DNA of 30,410 nucleotides, taken from the NCBI GenBank assembly GCA_005239605.1, contig SBBS01000016.1, positions 1 through 30,410 of the forward strand, read 5' to 3'. The DNA is from a bacterium (GTDB lineage Bacteria; Patescibacteriota; Minisyncoccia; Ryanbacterales; 2-02-FULL-48-12). A program made the translations under genes and the position numbers. Position 1 is the stretch's first letter. Each line of letters begins with the position of its first letter. The notes beneath the pieces were generated by a model. The model did no database searches, had not been told where the DNA came from, and was given only the letters and a program-made list of their open reading frames with translations. Shown piece by piece: positions 27,665 to 30,410 of this stretch.

Positions 27665-28150
27665 ATGACCACGGGGCTTATTGTAGGAAAATTCGCGCCG
27701 TTTCATCAGGGGCATGAACATCTGCTCAACTATGCCTATGCCATTGTTGATACGCTTGTGGTGCTGTTGTATGACGTGCCGGATGTAACACGCGTGCCGC
27801 TTTCGGTGCGCGCCGATTGGATACGCGCAAGTTTTTCAAAGGCAATAATATTGGAGGGATACGATGCGCCGCCGCGGGGCGTATGGAATGCCGAGAACAT
27901 GCGCGCGCACGAAGAATTTATTGTAGAGAAAGTGGGGCAGTATGATATAACTCACGTGTTTTCCGGCGAGGAATACGGCGGGCGTTTGAGTGAGATACTG
28001 GGTGCGCAAAACATGCCCATGGAAAAATTGTCGGCGGAACTCCCGCTTTCGGCATCCATGCTGCGGCATAACCCGGCTTTGTACGAGCGCTATGTCGCGG
28101 ATCATATATGCAATGATCTGAAAAGATACGGGGATATTCATGAGGTATGA
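27665..28150 (+). CDS. HxGH nucleotidyltransferase resembling the NadR NMN-adenylyltransferase domain
   Basis: GKFAPFHQGH, VRADWI, VFSGEEYG, PLSASMLR; no kinase domain follows. Confidence 0.8.
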   Translation: MTTGLIVGKFAPFHQGHEHLLNYAYAIVDTLVVLLYDVPDVTRVPLSVRADWIRASFSKAIILEGYDAPPRGVWNAENMRAHEEFIVEKVGQYDITHVFSGEEYGGRLSEILGAQNMPMEKLSAELPLSASMLRHNPALYERYVADHICNDLKRYGDIHEV

Positions 28151-28177
28151 TTTTGTATTCGTGTTATAACTATCCCT

Positions 28178-28753
28178 ATGCAAAACGAACTTGTTTTTGA
28201 TATAGAAACAAAAAACTCATTTCAGGATGTCGGCGGAAAGCAGAACATGCATCTGTTGGGTGTTTCAGTTGTGGGAGTGTATTCATACGCCGATGATACC
28301 TTGCGCTGTTATGAAGAAAAAGATTTTCCGCTGTTGGAAGAAGCATTCCGGAACGCAACCCGCATCATAGGGTTTAACAGCAAACATTTTGACGTGCCGG
28401 TGCTGCAGCCGCATATCCGGGTTCCGCTCTTGGCGCTGGCACATCTTGATCTTATGGAAGATGTAGAAAACTATCTGGGGTTTCGCGTGTCGCTTAATAA
28501 CCTTGCAAAAATGAATTTAGGCGCCCAAAAAAGCGGCCATGGAATGGACGCGATTGCCTGGTGGCGCACAGGAAACATGGAAATGCTTGTCAAATACTGT
28601 CTGGACGATGTCCGCATCACCCGCGATTTATACGAATTTGGAAAAAAGAACAATCATGTGCTAGCCGAAACCCGCACCGATCCCAAAGTTTCCATACCGG
28701 TAAAATGGCACATGCCGGTTAGCGCAAGCGCCGCGCAAACTTCGTTGTTTTGA
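28178..28753 (+). CDS. DEDD-superfamily RNase H-like exonuclease (RNase_H_2/YprB-like)
   Basis: VFDIET, IIGFNSKHFD, SLNNLAK, YCLDDVRIT. Confidence 0.85.
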   Translation: MQNELVFDIETKNSFQDVGGKQNMHLLGVSVVGVYSYADDTLRCYEEKDFPLLEEAFRNATRIIGFNSKHFDVPVLQPHIRVPLLALAHLDLMEDVENYLGFRVSLNNLAKMNLGAQKSGHGMDAIAWWRTGNMEMLVKYCLDDVRITRDLYEFGKKNNHVLAETRTDPKVSIPVKWHMPVSASAAQTSLF

Positions 28754-28775
28754 TTATTATCTCTCTATCAAGAAC

Positions 28776-28803
28776 ATGGCCTCGAGTATATACCCGAGGC
28801 CGT
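28776..28803. terminator. GC-rich hairpin between convergent genes (terminator or REP-like palindrome)
   Basis: ATGGCCTCG...CGAGGCCGT stem; no clear T tract on either side. Confidence 0.45.
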
Positions 28804-28821
28804 GAATGATTTACATGTTGT

Positions 28822-30126
28822 TTAATTCTGTTTTTGGATCTTTCTCCTTGTCGCTACAAGAATCCCAATAATCTCATCTCCGGGGAAAGATGCTTCTTGT
28901 TTTTTTGGATTGATAGAACAAGAAAATCCAGTGCGATGGGGGTTTTCATAAAGCAATACACCTTTCTCACGGAGCCAATCAAAAGCAATTTTCCATTCTT
29001 CTACCCCAAATCCTTCATGCATTACCAACCGTTGTAAATTCTCGTAGCGGCACCGGTGGACTCCAAAATAGGGCGCTTTCCCGCTTCTATTAAGAAGTAT
29101 CCATACTATCGCTTTAACGCACGGCAGAGATATTTCAGGAGGCACAAGATGATCAAACGGCAATATCGGACGTATGTTTTGCTTGCCGGTTTCTATTGGA
29201 GCGGGGGGCGCGCTAGAATTCTCTTTTTCTAAAATCTCAGCATCAACATTTTGCTCCAACAGAGAAGAAATGCGGTGCGTGAGCAGATACCTAAGCCGCG
29301 CGGCGCGCTTTTCACTTTGGGCTTCCCGGCGCATTGCCTGGAGAGAACTCATTAAATCCTCGTTATGTGTTGCGATAAGATCATCCAACGCATTGATAAC
29401 ACGGAGACGCAAAATATCTATATCTTCCTTTATGAATGGCGGCGGTTTTGCGGGGAGATTATACGATGGAATTTCTATTTGTTGGATAGAATTTTTCGTT
29501 GGCTGTGTTATAACCATAGGCGCTTTAGGAAGCCGCGCCGGTTGTCGTTGCCGCCATGCCGTATACAGTATGAACATCCAGTAAAGATATACCGCGGACT
29601 CCGCAACGCCAAAAACATAAAGTATATGTCGCGGTCGCGCTCCCAGCGTTTTGACTTCATTGAAAGGAAAGAGACGTTCTATTTCCTTGTAACAAGAAAT
29701 GGCAAACTCACCTCCTCCAAGCAAATTGAACCATATCTGGCCGCTAGCGGGGACGTATGGTGTCTTGACAAGATTGGGAGCAACTCCTTGCTGCCGCTTT
29801 AGCGAATACACGCGTTTTCCAAACACAAAAATAATATTGTTTTTGTGTTCATAGAACGCAATAATATTTGATTCGCGCAACTTTTCAAAATTATTCCGAT
29901 ACAATTCTTCCGTTTGAACTTCGGGCTTAGTCAATCGGAATCGTTCTATAGCAACAGAAGCATTTTGCTCCCATACAACTGTGTATCCACGCCGCCTAAA
30001 AAGATTTTCTAACCAGCGGCGCTGGCGAAGCGTGTCCCAGTGTTCCCAGTGCATACTCCAAGAAAATCCGTATCCCAAACCCGCGATCGTAAGCATGGTA
30101 ATGAAAAAATAAAATTGACGCTTCAC
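28822..30126 (-). CDS. Hypothetical two-TM membrane protein (about 434 aa)
   Basis: Long AT-rich ORF; SD AAGGGAGG 7 nt before GTG 30126; hydrophobic segments near the N-terminus and mid-protein; no recognised family. Confidence 0.75.
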   Translation of the reverse strand: MKRQFYFFITMLTIAGLGYGFSWSMHWEHWDTLRQRRWLENLFRRRGYTVVWEQNASVAIERFRLTKPEVQTEELYRNNFEKLRESNIIAFYEHKNNIIFVFGKRVYSLKRQQGVAPNLVKTPYVPASGQIWFNLLGGGEFAISCYKEIERLFPFNEVKTLGARPRHILYVFGVAESAVYLYWMFILYTAWRQRQPARLPKAPMVITQPTKNSIQQIEIPSYNLPAKPPPFIKEDIDILRLRVINALDDLIATHNEDLMSSLQAMRREAQSEKRAARLRYLLTHRISSLLEQNVDAEILEKENSSAPPAPIETGKQNIRPILPFDHLVPPEISLPCVKAIVWILLNRSGKAPYFGVHRCRYENLQRLVMHEGFGVEEWKIAFDWLREKGVLLYENPHRTGFSCSINPKKQEASFPGDEIIGILVATRRKIQKQN

Positions 30127-30261
30127 GGTAACCCCTCCCTTCATACAGGATATATTGTCAAATTACATCAAAACATAAATTCCACATGGTTAAGAATAAT
30201 ATAACACATCCTATGCTTTCCCAAAAATGTTCGAGCAGAGTTCTGTATTGGCGGCCTATAA

Positions 30262-30303
30262 TAGACCTGTCCCTTAATAAATTTTCGGTTAAAAATTCCC
30301 GAA
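30262..30303 (+). repeat. Third copy of the element end (24-bp end plus subterminal hairpin)
   Basis: TAGACCTGTCCCTTAATAAATTTTCGGTTAAAAATTCCCGAA matches 6624-6665 at 41 of 42 nt, then diverges. Confidence 0.92.
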
Positions 30304-30315
30304 CGTAAAACAGTG

Positions 30316-30408
30316 TCAGGAGCGCTTTTTTGCAAAAAGGATATAATCTTTATCAGCATCAAATATCCGCATCCGCGCGTTTGCGCGGTTTATGACATGA
30401 TAGATAAT
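30316..30408 (-). pseudogene. Truncated Y1/HUH (RAYT-like, IS200-fold) transposase fragment, 5' end beyond the window
   Basis: Frame missing from the ORF track: IIYHVINRANARMRIFDADKDYILFAKKRS*. YHVxNR...IF...DY..F is the typical N-terminal motif of REP-associated tyrosine transposases; it stops before any HUH or catalytic Tyr motif. Confidence 0.7.
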
Positions 30409-30410
30409 CC

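Noticed and set aside
30168-30362. 64-aa minus-strand ORF MMLIKIISF...
   Set aside because: Runs through the non-coding repeat end and is out of frame with the recognisable RAYT-like frame.
1-30410. CRISPR array, tRNA, rRNA, RNase P, SRP or tmRNA
   Set aside because: No regularly spaced direct repeats, no cloverleaf with a T-loop motif, and no GAGGAAAGTCC or SRP-loop signature in the intergenic regions read by eye.

Overview
A 30.4 kb bacterial window, probably from a Patescibacteria (CPR, Parcubacteria-like) genome. That assignment is an inference from the short YebC, PilB, alpha-2-macroglobulin, non-canonical MurE motif and scarce Shine-Dalgarno sites. It is mostly housekeeping: yebC, ruvB, pilB, tsaE, polA, a histidine kinase plus single-domain receiver, holA, rpsT, a 2224-aa alpha-2-macroglobulin converging on pbpC, an intein-containing uvrB, ruvA, murE, a SpoU methyltransferase, a NadR-like nucleotidyltransferase and a DEDD nuclease. 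Four signals are not explained by the ORF track. (1) A repeat family with the end sequence TAGACCTGTCCCTTAATAAATTTT occurs at three loci: one complete 163-bp inverted-doublet element, one copy cut by the window start, and one end lying next to an unannotated truncated Y1/HUH (RAYT-like) transposase reading frame. Together these suggest a REP/REPIN-RAYT-type system. (2) A promoter-driven RNA of about 173 nt between ruvB and pilB has 6S-RNA-like rod architecture and an alternative multibranch fold. (3) A 540-aa Ser1 intein with LAGLIDADG and XRE-HTH segments sits in the Walker A motif of UvrB. (4) A repeated -10 box/6 nt/ATG layout points to leaderless translation of core genes, while two accessory genes beside the repeat elements carry strong SD sites. 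No CRISPR array, tRNA or rRNA was seen. No searches or folding programs were run; all calls come from reading the sequence.
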